From a bacterium (lineage in GTDB: Bacteria > Zhuqueibacterota > Zhuqueibacteria > Residuimicrobiales > Krinioviventaceae), in contig CAXXFV010000008.1 of NCBI GenBank assembly GCA_963674595.2, positions 320,001-384,000 on the forward strand: a stretch of DNA of 64,000 nt, read 5' to 3'. The first letter of the stretch is position 1. Every line of letters starts with the position of its first letter. The notes under the pieces were generated by a model that made no database searches, was not told the origin of the DNA, and saw nothing but the letters and a program-made list of their open reading frames with translations. The translations under genes and the position numbers were made by a program. Positions 8,404 to 17,970 of the stretch are shown here, piece after piece.

Positions 8404-11367
8404 CTACAAGCTTACACGTACGCCCAATATATATGTTCTGTGCTGGCCTTTGTATAAAACATCACTTTCGGTACGTAAGATTAATGGATTGCTGACCTCT
8501 TCACTTCCATATTTTTTTGTTTTGCCATTAGCATACAGATCATTAAAATATTCTTCTCTTTCCGGTATAGCTGTTCTGTACTTTGTGACAAAAAGGTTGC
8601 TGACGTCAATATAAGCTTCCATCTTTAATTTATCCGTAATCGTAATTTTTCGTGTAAGACGTAAATTTGAGTTAAAATAGGGGATTGTATAAAATTTTAC
8701 ATCAGGATGTTTAATTCGCCAGGCCTCGTTGGGGTGTTTTATTTCTTCAGCACCCGTATAATAAAGCCCAAAACTGGCGCTTGTTTTATGAAAAATCGGA
8801 TAGCCGCCAACAGCCGGACCCCAGTTTTCAGGAGTGTGAAATGTTATAACACCCCGGCCATAGGGGGTAACATGTTTTTGGTTCGGACGGGGAATGCCTT
8901 TGAACACACCGTCTATTCCGATTGATGGATTATCGGTAATCACCGGTGCATCACTGCCGACTTCAGGAACTTCCAAATCATTGTCGCTCCGTTGGGTCAG
9001 GTTATAATTAAAAAATCCTGTAACAAAGGTTCCTATCGATTTTCGGAGTTCTATATCAAGCCCTCTGATTTCGCTGTAACCCTGTTGTCCCGGTGTTTGT
9101 ATAATTAAAGTTTGGTCTGAATGTGCATAAACAAGCCCGCTATATTTATCAGAATAATCTTTATAAAAAGCTCCCACATGTAACTGGAACATGTCAAAAA
9201 CATTCTGGTCCCAGCCAAGTTCATAGTTAATGTTATACTGAAAATCAAGATCAGCATTGCCCAGGTTAACAATCCTTTGATCGCCGTCAAGATCGTAGAG
9301 CCGTGTAAAAAGAGGCTCGGCAGCCGGCATTTGCAAAAAATAACCGAAATTGAAATATACTTTGCTGTTTTCTGAAATGGGAAAGGACACACCCAAACGA
9401 GGACTCCATCCCTGCTTTGCTTTTGGCGTAATGGAATAAAAATTACCGGCTAAAAGCGAGTCCAATGCTTCCTGATTGTTGGCATATTCCAGCACTCTGG
9501 ATGGTTCTGCGAACGTACCGTTTGGATTAAAATAGTCCCAGCGAAGTCCAATATTGGCAACCATGCCTTTAAATTCAATTTGGTCTTGTACAAATGCACT
9601 CAGTTCGATTGGCCGAACATCATAGTACCAAAAATATTTTCTGGCTGAATCAGCATCGTGATAATGTAATCTGTCTTCGACCAAATGAGTATTTTTATAT
9701 TCGAACCCTGTTTTAAGCTCATTCACATTATTAATTTGATTTGTATAAGTAACTCTTCCTTTAATTGTTTCACTAAAAGAATCATCTGTTGATGTTGCAC
9801 CACCGGAAAATGTTGTATTTGTCGCATAATCAGGAAATCCCTTGTCTAAGGGAATATATCCGGCGTGCGGGTCCAGGTAGGTCCTTCCTCCGATCTCTCT
9901 GGCAGCGGAAAGAGGCGATTCATCATAAGCGTCGCAATCCCAATAGGAGCCAAAAAACGAAAGCTCTGATTGGAAATAGCTGGTTGGAGAAATGACATGC
10001 AGCAGCTTTAAACCGACAAGTGTGGATTTTGTGTTTAAATAGGGTTTTATATACGGATAATACATGTTCAAATCACCGCCATCGTATGACAAACTTACAT
10101 CCGGTCCCCAACGGCTGTCGGCTTTATTGCTGCTGACCGTATTTACGTCAGAATGAAGAAAGGTAATATCCAGATTTGTATTTGCGGACAGTTTGTTTAA
10201 TAATTTTACAGTATATGCTCTTTCTTTATAATAATCCTGAGGCTGGGGATAGGTATAGGGCCTGTTTTCAAACCGAAGACCGGTCAACACTTTTAAATCC
10301 CAGGGTAATCCCTTTACACCACCGCTAATTGTCAGATCAATATTTTGTCCTGCTAAATCTCCGTATGTAATGGGTCTGTGTCGCCATTTCCATAATTCTT
10401 TGGCGTCTTCAACGGTCATGTCATTGTTTGGATTTGAATCGTTATTAAGCTCTTGAACTACTTTAGTCCATCCTCGGAAACCTACCGAATCGGGAGTTAT
10501 ACCTTCATATTTCCAGTAATAACCTGGTGAATCGGAATTGGGCCCGGTCAAAAGCTCCCAGTATCTTTCTTTATCTTTTGTGTTATAAATAGGATCACCA
10601 TCATGCCTGTATCCCGAAGGTTCAAGTTGATAATCCAGAAAAATATGCAATTCATCATCCGGATTTTTAGTGACAATATTAATAACACCGGATCTCGCAT
10701 CACCATATTCAGCAGAAAAACCACCCCGCATGACCTGGACTTCTTCAATACTTTGTTGGTTAACAGGAAATTTAACCATCCCGAATTTTGCATCGACAGT
10801 TGAAAGTCCATCCACCATAACATTTACTTCATCTGTAGCACCTTCCCGGATACGCAATTCGCCTTCAACCATGTTTCCTGTAATTCCGGCCTGTATTCCA
10901 ATCATGTCTTCCACACGGGCCGCGAACGGCATTTCTTTTATTTCAGCCCCATCCATATTGGTTTCCGAAGCTGAAACATCCAGTTTTATTTTGTCTCTCT
11001 CTGCCGTCACATAAACAACTTCTGTCTCCAGAGCCGTCGTTTCCAAAGCAAAATTAACCGTAATACTGCGGTTTGATTCTACTTTAACTTGTTGTTTTAC
11101 TTTTGTCTGATACCCCATCATACTTGCTTCCACATCATAAACGCCTGGTGGAACAAGTAATTGTATATATGTTCCCTGCATATCAGTTGCCGCACCGAGC
11201 AAAGTGCCCTTTAATATGACATTTGCTCCGACAAGTGATTCGCCTGTTTCAGCATCAACGACCGTTCCTCTTATTTTTCCGGTTATTCCTGCCATGAGAA
11301 ATTCAACGGAAAATATAAACAGGACTATGAATAGCGTGAAGACAAGAAATTTAATTTGGTTTTTCAT
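8404..11367 (-). CDS. TonB-dependent receptor with N-terminal carboxypeptidase-regulatory-like domain
   Basis: GKIRGTVVDAETGESLVGANV N-domain; plug motif RGGFSAEYGDARSGVINIVTK; barrel strands ending GVRVSL. Confidence 0.92.
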   Translation of the reverse strand: MKNQIKFLVFTLFIVLFIFSVEFLMAGITGKIRGTVVDAETGESLVGANVILKGTLLGAATDMQGTYIQLLVPPGVYDVEASMMGYQTKVKQQVKVESNRSITVNFALETTALETEVVYVTAERDKIKLDVSASETNMDGAEIKEMPFAARVEDMIGIQAGITGNMVEGELRIREGATDEVNVMVDGLSTVDAKFGMVKFPVNQQSIEEVQVMRGGFSAEYGDARSGVINIVTKNPDDELHIFLDYQLEPSGYRHDGDPIYNTKDKERYWELLTGPNSDSPGYYWKYEGITPDSVGFRGWTKVVQELNNDSNPNNDMTVEDAKELWKWRHRPITYGDLAGQNIDLTISGGVKGLPWDLKVLTGLRFENRPYTYPQPQDYYKERAYTVKLLNKLSANTNLDITFLHSDVNTVSSNKADSRWGPDVSLSYDGGDLNMYYPYIKPYLNTKSTLVGLKLLHVISPTSYFQSELSFFGSYWDCDAYDESPLSAAREIGGRTYLDPHAGYIPLDKGFPDYATNTTFSGGATSTDDSFSETIKGRVTYTNQINNVNELKTGFEYKNTHLVEDRLHYHDADSARKYFWYYDVRPIELSAFVQDQIEFKGMVANIGLRWDYFNPNGTFAEPSRVLEYANNQEALDSLLAGNFYSITPKAKQGWSPRLGVSFPISENSKVYFNFGYFLQMPAAEPLFTRLYDLDGDQRIVNLGNADLDFQYNINYELGWDQNVFDMFQLHVGAFYKDYSDKYSGLVYAHSDQTLIIQTPGQQGYSEIRGLDIELRKSIGTFVTGFFNYNLTQRSDNDLEVPEVGSDAPVITDNPSIGIDGVFKGIPRPNQKHVTPYGRGVITFHTPENWGPAVGGYPIFHKTSASFGLYYTGAEEIKHPNEAWRIKHPDVKFYTIPYFNSNLRLTRKITITDKLKMEAYIDVSNLFVTKYRTAIPEREEYFNDLYANGKTKKYGSEEVSNPLILRTESDVLYKGQHRTYILGVRVSL

Positions 11368-12417
11368 GGACGACCTTCATGTTAATTCTCAAGTTCTGTT
11401 TTTATGTTGATAAATTAATACAAAAATAGTTGTAACGTGATTGATTCAGGTGGTTGTTACATAATTACTTAAATATCTTAATCGTATCAGTTTTTATTTT
11501 ACAGGCATTAAAATGAGAAAATAGTAAGGTAACCTTTACTTTTACTGAATAACCAATTGATAATTTTTATGGTGTTAATGAAAAGAGAAATTTATTAAAA
11601 ATTTTTAATGTGCTGAATGTGGAAATATTTTTTAATTTTACTAGTGATACATAACCGTTCCGGTTATTGATGCTGTCCCTAATTTGATTTTTTGTAAAAA
11701 TGTTTTTGTCAGGCGTTAATAATAAATTTGGGTATGCTGCCCTTTTAATAATTTTTTTTATGTCAGATAAAAATTTTATTTGAACCAAATTTTTAAAAAT
11801 AAATCCATAGAAATCCGTTAAGGTATTTACAATGGAATAAAATTTTTTTCTCAACAATAGAGCCATTTTAAAAATCAGTCTTGAATGTAACGATCCGTAT
11901 CTGTTGTTTCAATTTGAATGAACAACAGAATTTAACCATATCCTAAAATTACCTTTTCATTCAACAGCTTTGTTTTTTACTAACGATTGTTTGAATGAAT
12001 TTTTTACAACTTTTTCGATAATTACTGTTTTATAAAAAAAACAGATTAATAAAACGCGATGCGTGTTGGAGATATGTTATTTTAACAATCTATCAGATAT
12101 TCAATTAAATTATTTAACTCGTTCAACTAATAAAAATTGGCCCTGATATGTTTTGATAGTAATCTTTTGAAATACAGTGAATGAATAATTTTTACTATTT
12201 TTAAATAATTAGGCGTACTGTTTGATTTTAATGTAAATTGATTTTTTTTATTGGAAAAGTATATTTTGGTTTTAAAGATATTTGATTCATTTACAGAATA
12301 ATCTAATGAAAATGAATTATTCCCGAGATTGTGTTGAACTGCACAAATTTTTTTGTATGGTAACATGAAAAATAATAAATGAATTACACTTTTCACGTTG
12401 CTTCACCTTTTTATAAT

Positions 12418-12429
12418 GCAATCGTTTGC
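12418..12429. promoter_or_regulatory. Candidate LacI-family operator
   Basis: GCAATCGTTTGC near-palindrome with central CG, immediately downstream of the -10 box of the adjacent promoter. Confidence 0.5.
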
Positions 12430-12432
12430 TTG

Positions 12433-12461
12433 ATTATATGCAATATTCGTCATAAAATCAA
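12433..12461 (-). promoter_or_regulatory. Sigma70-type promoter facing the TBDR operon
   Basis: Minus strand TTGATT-N17-TATAAT. Confidence 0.6.
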
Positions 12462-12601
12462 GCGATTTTTAGGAAAAAACAAGTCAGGATTTTATGACTA
12501 AACAATTAACTCCTAAAGTTTATATTATGCTGGTATTTTTATCGCCCTGATTTATCACCGAATACTCAAAAAGCACAATAGTTGATTATGAAGGGTCAGT
12601 A

Positions 12602-13084
12602 CTAATTTGGTTTGGTTAATCGATGTTTTTTATTCATTGGTTTTAAAATTTGTCTTTTTGTTTCAAGACTGTCTTTATAACCAAAGGGTATGGATTCTGT
12701 CCCGTCAATGGTTATGTTTGGGTCCTTTGAATTATCTGCTTTAAGGATTGTTATGTCCGGATCCATAAAATTTACCGCATCACCAACGCTAATATCAGGG
12801 TCAACGTTTTTCGGAAAATCCTTGCTGGTATTTTTGTTGTGAATGGAAATTGTGCTGTCCTGAATATTTTCCCCTGGCCTTAACGTCAGCATTTTATTGT
12901 TTTTTGTGCTGTCTTTAGAAACTAATGATTTTTCGCCGGCAGTGCAGATTTGTTCTTGTTTTAAATTTTCTTTTGTTTTTCCATTATTAATGGTACCTGA
13001 TATTTTTTCGGATTCTATGGCTGATACACTTGCAAAATATGCCAAGGTTAAAATTACTGTTTTTTGAAAATCAATTCTATTCAT
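12602..13084 (-). CDS. Secreted hypothetical protein with short DP[D/N]I repeats
   Basis: GGAG RBS, signal-peptide-like N-terminus, three DPDI/DPDI/DPNI motifs. Confidence 0.6.
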   Translation of the reverse strand: MNRIDFQKTVILTLAYFASVSAIESEKISGTINNGKTKENLKQEQICTAGEKSLVSKDSTKNNKMLTLRPGENIQDSTISIHNKNTSKDFPKNVDPDISVGDAVNFMDPDITILKADNSKDPNITIDGTESIPFGYKDSLETKRQILKPMNKKHRLTKPN

Positions 13085-13300
13085 CGTAATTCTCCCAAAT
13101 TACTTTATAAAACAGATAGTTTTTTTATAAAAGAATGAGAATTTTTTTGAAAATCATTTTAGCCGAGGGATTCCTTTAATATGTCAGGTATACTATTTTT
13201 ACTTTTGATAATTATTTATGTTCCTTAAATAATAACATTTTCCCCTTGTTGTCATCAAGGCTTGATTTTTTATAAAATAAAATATTAAGAGCATCAACCT

Positions 13301-13828
13301 TTATTTTGACTGTTTTTTCCTTATCACTGCTATTTCTTCGTCTTCCAATCCCAAAGAGACCAAAAAGTCATGATGAGATTGGGGCGACTGTTTTTCAAAT
13401 TCTTCGTGCCATTTATCCATGTCTTTTTCATCCATTCCGGAAGCTTTTAAAATTGAAATCCAGGTTTGTTTGTCCATAACACCCGAATGTTCTGTCAGTC
13501 TTTTTTCCTTTAACAGGTTTACAATCGTATGCTGCTGTTTTCGTATCGTGTGAATTCTGTCGGACAATACGGATAAATGGTTTTCAAGGATTCTGATAAA
13601 TGATTTTTCAGAAACCGATAGCAGCATTTGGATCTCTTTTAACGGCAGGCCCATGTCCCGATAAATACAAATATGTTGTAATCGTTCCCGGTCGGATTCC
13701 GTGTAGATACGATAATTTTTTTCCGAACGGATCGACGGTGAAAGCAAGCCGATAGAATCATAATACAGCAATGTACTGCGTGACAGCCCAAACTGCCGGC
13801 CCAGTTTGTTTATGGAATATGTTTTCAT
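13301..13828 (-). CDS. MerR-family transcriptional regulator
   Basis: YSINKLGRQFGLSRSTLLYYDSIGLL..RSEKNYRIY HTH followed by coiled coil. Confidence 0.92.
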   Translation of the reverse strand: MKTYSINKLGRQFGLSRSTLLYYDSIGLLSPSIRSEKNYRIYTESDRERLQHICIYRDMGLPLKEIQMLLSVSEKSFIRILENHLSVLSDRIHTIRKQQHTIVNLLKEKRLTEHSGVMDKQTWISILKASGMDEKDMDKWHEEFEKQSPQSHHDFLVSLGLEDEEIAVIRKKQSK

Positions 13829-14123
13829 ACTATTCTTTTCGTTTGGTTGTAAATATCCTTTTTAAATCAAAATTTATAATTATTATCGACATGATTAGTA
13901 ATACAAAAATACCATTGAAAATAAAGATGACACTGGTAGAACAGAGTTATAATAGTCATTCGATTCTCCACCTGCATTATACTTTTTATAGCAATGGCTT
14001 AGTTGACTTTTCCGAATTTTGCGAAGTAAATAATGTTCGGATTTTAAAACGATCGATATAGTACCAAATAACTCATTAAAATTTAGCCGCTCAGATCAAA
14101 TTAAGTCAAATTCATTTTTAAAA

Positions 14124-15401
14124 TTATTTAAAACAGATTGATAGATTTTTAAATATCTCTTCTATGTTAAAATTAATGACAATTTCCTTTTTTAATTTGT
14201 TAATAATATCATAATCTTCCTTTTTTAAATTAGTTAATTCAAAGTCACCAACCTTATTATCTTTATAGCTTAGTCCTTTTAATCTATCAACAAAAAGGTA
14301 ATAATCACCATTTGTTAAAATGATATACCTTGTCCCTGTTTCTAAAGCATAGTTGTATGCTTGTTGAAGTTCTTTTGTTTGATTCTTTGTTCTTAAATTC
14401 CAATCTCTTTTAACTTCAATTACAATCATTGATTTATCATTACTCACAATACTAATATCAATTCTTCCCTTTCGATATTGAATTTCTTTATGTTTTAAAT
14501 AGCCTAAATTAATAAAAAAAGTCTCAACAAGCGATTCATGTGCTCTTTCTTTATGCTCACGATCAGATTTTAGGGCAAGTATATCCTGAATTAAATTTTT
14601 ATAATTTGGAAATGGTTCAATTAATTTTTTTTCTTCTATAATGTTATCAATTGTATCTATTTTTTTATCAGCAGTTTCATCATTTGTTTTAATATCTTTT
14701 AAATAATGATCCCATTTAGGATTGTTATAGGATGATAAAATTAAATCAATTTCTTGAGGGTGAAGGTTGAGAGTATTTTTAAAAGTATTTATGAATGTGT
14801 TATATTTAATGTAAAAATTATATTCATTAGAAAAATTGTGTTCATTTTTTAATACTTTCTTTGCAAATCTTTCTGTCATAATATTATAGTTGTTACCATC
14901 TTTCAAATATAAAATTAATGTAGGCATGAATGCTTTAATACCTTTTATAGTTAATAGATCTGAATAATATTTTTCAATATAATTGACATTTTGTGAATTC
15001 ATAATTCCATCAAAACTGTTTTTAAATTTTTGAAAATTAGCAATATGAAATTGAAGTTTTGTATCTTTTCTATTAAATAGATATTTTGTATTACTTGGAA
15101 TTAATTGACAGAACCTTGCTTTTATTATTTTTCCATTATTCAGGATTGCATCTATATCTAGTAAGTTAAAAGCACCAATTTTATCAATATCATTTTCATT
15201 GTTAACAAAAAAATCGTAAGGTCTAAGCATTTCCGATGGTTTAGATAGAATTTCGATTGCTATTTTTTCATATTTTTTTCGGATTTGCATCCTTTTTTCC
15301 CAGTCTCCCCTGGATTTAACTTGATTTTCCTTTATTGAATTTAACCTATCGATGCTCAAGTCGATTTTAAAAATGTCATTTTCAAGCATAATTATATTCA
15401 C
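14124..15401 (-). CDS. Stand-alone protein with C-terminal HsdR-N-like PD-(D/E)XK nuclease domain
   Basis: RIDISI..IVIEVKR..LQQAYNYA..ILTNGDYY; no helicase motifs; very AT-rich. Confidence 0.7.
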   Translation of the reverse strand: MNIIMLENDIFKIDLSIDRLNSIKENQVKSRGDWEKRMQIRKKYEKIAIEILSKPSEMLRPYDFFVNNENDIDKIGAFNLLDIDAILNNGKIIKARFCQLIPSNTKYLFNRKDTKLQFHIANFQKFKNSFDGIMNSQNVNYIEKYYSDLLTIKGIKAFMPTLILYLKDGNNYNIMTERFAKKVLKNEHNFSNEYNFYIKYNTFINTFKNTLNLHPQEIDLILSSYNNPKWDHYLKDIKTNDETADKKIDTIDNIIEEKKLIEPFPNYKNLIQDILALKSDREHKERAHESLVETFFINLGYLKHKEIQYRKGRIDISIVSNDKSMIVIEVKRDWNLRTKNQTKELQQAYNYALETGTRYIILTNGDYYLFVDRLKGLSYKDNKVGDFELTNLKKEDYDIINKLKKEIVINFNIEEIFKNLSICFK

Positions 15402-16092
15402 ATTATTTTTTGAAATATTCTACTAATTTTTAGAATTTAACATTTGTTTAACTTTCACTACATTAAGTTGGTGTGAAGGCTGTGATACTTTGCTCGAAAG
15501 TAAGTTGGATGTCAATATCAATGCCAGGTTTAAATAGTTATTAGATTTTTTTTGTTTTATTTAAATATTGGTAAATGAGGCTTGAATTATATCCATTTTT
15601 TTTTACAAAATTTTTATATTTTTGTATAGATTTCTTCTTGTTTTTAACACTTTCATTATGAATTTTTTTTATTTTTTGCTTATTGCCTCCAATTGTTAAA
15701 TAATTACTACCATCAATTACTCTACAATGAGCAATATCATATATTTCTTTCATTTGTTTGTATGATGAAAACCACCTTTTATTATTATGATCAACAGCCA
15801 CAAAATATTTTATTTTCCACAATTCTCCTAAATTGTATTTCTCCGTTAGTATAACAGACTCTGCTTCATTAATTATTTTATTTACATCTTTATTTGTTGA
15901 AAATATGCAAGACCCCATTGTCCAATCATAGATTCCAAAACTTTTTATATAAATGGGCCTTCTTCCTGTATTAAAGATTGATACGTCAACCGATTCTCCC
16001 TTTATTGAGCTAGAAAACTGTAATTTGGGATTATCCTTTTTAAATTTAAAATAGTTTGAAATTGCAATAAAAAAATGGACACCTAGTTAAGT

Positions 16093-16914
16093 TTAAGCTG
16101 CTTTATTAAATTTTAAGAATTGTACTGGTGACATATTGCCCAAAAAGGAATGAATTCTTTTTCGGTTGTAAAATATTTCAATATATTCAAATATTGATTG
16201 CTTCGCAATTAATCGTGTTTCATAAGTATGATGATAAATCAGTTCTTTTTTCAAAGTACCAAAAAAGCTTTCAGCAACAGCGTTGTCGTAGCAGTTTGCT
16301 TTTCCGGACATACTTTGGATCATTTGAAAAAGAGCTAACATTTTTCTGAATTCTTTACACGCATATTGGACACCCCGGTCCGAATGAAAAATCAAATCTG
16401 TTGAAGGACAAAAACGATGATATGCATGTTTCAGGGCCGGAATTGTTGTTGAAGAAGCATGCAGGTTGTTACTCATAGCCCAGCCGACAACCTGGCGATT
16501 GTATAAATCAATGATCACTGTCAGATACAACCATCCTTTATGAGTCGGGATGTATGTAATATCAGAAACCCAGACTTTATTAGATTGATTGACTGTAAAA
16601 TTCTGTTGTAAAAGATTTGGTGATATTGGCAGTCTATGATCACTATTTGTGGTTACTTTGAATTTACGCTTTGTTTTTGCACAAATTCTGTTCTTTCTCA
16701 TTAAACGAGCAACACGCGGACGGCTGACAATCAAGTTTTCCTTATGTAACTCTTGTGTTATTCTGGGACTGCCATAGCTTCCTCTGGATTCCTTGTGGAT
16801 ATGTTTGATCCGTTCAAGTATCTTTTTGTTTTCCAGTTCTCGTTGACTCATTGGTCGCTTGCTCCAGGTATAAAACCCGCCCCGGCTGACATTGAGAACC
16901 TGGCACATTTTCAC
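16093..16914 (-). CDS. IS3 transposase OrfB (DDE integrase core)
   Basis: WVSDITY, FHSDRGVQY, DNAVAESFF, YNRKRIH. Confidence 0.95.
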   Translation of the reverse strand: MKMCQVLNVSRGGFYTWSKRPMSQRELENKKILERIKHIHKESRGSYGSPRITQELHKENLIVSRPRVARLMRKNRICAKTKRKFKVTTNSDHRLPISPNLLQQNFTVNQSNKVWVSDITYIPTHKGWLYLTVIIDLYNRQVVGWAMSNNLHASSTTIPALKHAYHRFCPSTDLIFHSDRGVQYACKEFRKMLALFQMIQSMSGKANCYDNAVAESFFGTLKKELIYHHTYETRLIAKQSIFEYIEIFYNRKRIHSFLGNMSPVQFLKFNKAA

Positions 16915-16955
16915 TATTGGGAATTCCTGTTGATGCTTTTGGATAAACCCAAACT

Positions 16956-17252
16956 TTAATGGGACGGTTTTGAGAAAATGGCCACAGCTTTTTTTAATAT
17001 ATCCCGCTCCAGTTTTACGTCTGCAAGTTCTTTACGCAGTTTCTGTATTTCATCACTTTCTTTGCTGTTCCCTAGTCCTGGAAAGGAATGTTCTTTATCA
17101 ATTTTGTATTCTCGAACCCACTTGGAGAGAAGGTTAGGCTCAATACCAAGATTTCTGGCAACTTCTGAAGCATTACCATTGCTTTTAGAAAGTACAAGCT
17201 GAACAGCTTCTATTTTGAATTCTTTTGTGTAACGTCGTCTTCTGTTTGTCAT
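16956..17252 (-). CDS. IS3 transposase OrfA (HTH)
   Basis: RRYTKEFKIEAV..ERDILKKA; GGAGG RBS. Confidence 0.93.
   Translation of the reverse strand: MTNRRRRYTKEFKIEAVQLVLSKSNGNASEVARNLGIEPNLLSKWVREYKIDKEHSFPGLGNSKESDEIQKLRKELADVKLERDILKKAVAIFSKPSH
16988..16995 (-). other. -1 programmed frameshift slippery site of the IS3
   Basis: Minus strand AAAAAAAG at the end of OrfA (LKKA); canonical A-AAA-AAG. Confidence 0.75.
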
Positions 17253-17589
17253 GTGGACACCTCCTTTGGTTTATAATATAAAAAGTGCTTAACTTTGTGT
17301 CCACTAAAATATAGCAAGTTTAGTTTATTACTAAAGCTATTATTGCTAATACTAGACTAATAATTGAAAGAATCATTTTATTAACCTGTAATTAATCAAA
17401 TCAATAGTACCGAAGGTGTCAGTCTAAATTATTTAATGAGTCTTATAATTAATGCAAATTCATTTTATCAACAATATGTATATAGTTTAACTTGGAAAAT
17501 TATGTTTATAAATTTGCTTTATAAAAGTTTCCAGATTGTATACATTATAATATACCCAATCCACCAACTCTGCCTGTGATTATTTATTA

Positions 17590-17780
17590 AATCCAATCTT
17601 TTTCTCGTGTATACTGCAAAAATCCGTATTCAAAGATGGAAAACCAGCCAAATACCCATTCGAATTTTTTAAATGTCGAATTTCCTGTTGCACTGACAAA
17701 AGAATAATATACATTCTGAAAAATTATCGCAAGCGGTTTTTTAAAAACTGGGAAATATTGGGCCGGCAGATTTATCCGGG
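17590..17780 (-). repeat. Promoter-bearing dispersed repeat, copy 1
   Basis: Core 17658-17780 differs from 23147-23270 by 6 substitutions and 1 indel (manual alignment); weaker similarity extends about 70 bp left; TTGCGA-N17-TATTAT at 17732-17704. Confidence 0.9.
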
Positions 17781-17970
17781 GGGCAAAATTTAAAATCCCG
17801 GCGTAATGGTCGTTTTGGTTTCTGTTTTTGTTTTAACAAAATACAAGTTTTTGTAATGTATAAATCCATTTAAATCGTGTAATAAACCGGCTCCGAGTAT
17901 TCCTTAATAAATACATCGGCAGGCAGATCAATTAGTCGAACGATTTCTATCATATCGTAATGACCTTTAC

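Larger units (their letters stand above)
16057..17322 (-). mobile_element. IS3-family insertion sequence (1266 bp) with 3-bp target duplication GTT
   Basis: Imperfect 35-bp IRs TGAAATTGCAATAAAAAAATGGACACCTAGTTAAG / TAAACTTGCTATATTTTAGTGGACACAAAGTTAAG; GTT at 16054-16056 and 17323-17325. Confidence 0.93.
15541..17376 (-). pseudogene. Membrane-anchored hypothetical protein (188 aa when restored) interrupted by IS3
   Basis: ATG 17376 gives 18 codons (MILSIISLVLAIIALVIN). Removing the IS and one GTT copy joins these in frame to 16053..15541 (YFKFKKDNPKLQF..MGSC..). Confidence 0.85.

Noticed and set aside
11567-11866. 99-aa ORF upstream of the TBDR
   Set aside because: K/I/F/N-rich low-complexity translation of AT-rich DNA, with no RBS or recognisable motif.
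15402-15540. Possible integron attC (ATCCAAC..GTTAAAC on the minus strand) between the two AT-rich genes
   Set aside because: No long imperfect hairpin with L boxes joins the cores, and there is no integron integrase in the window.
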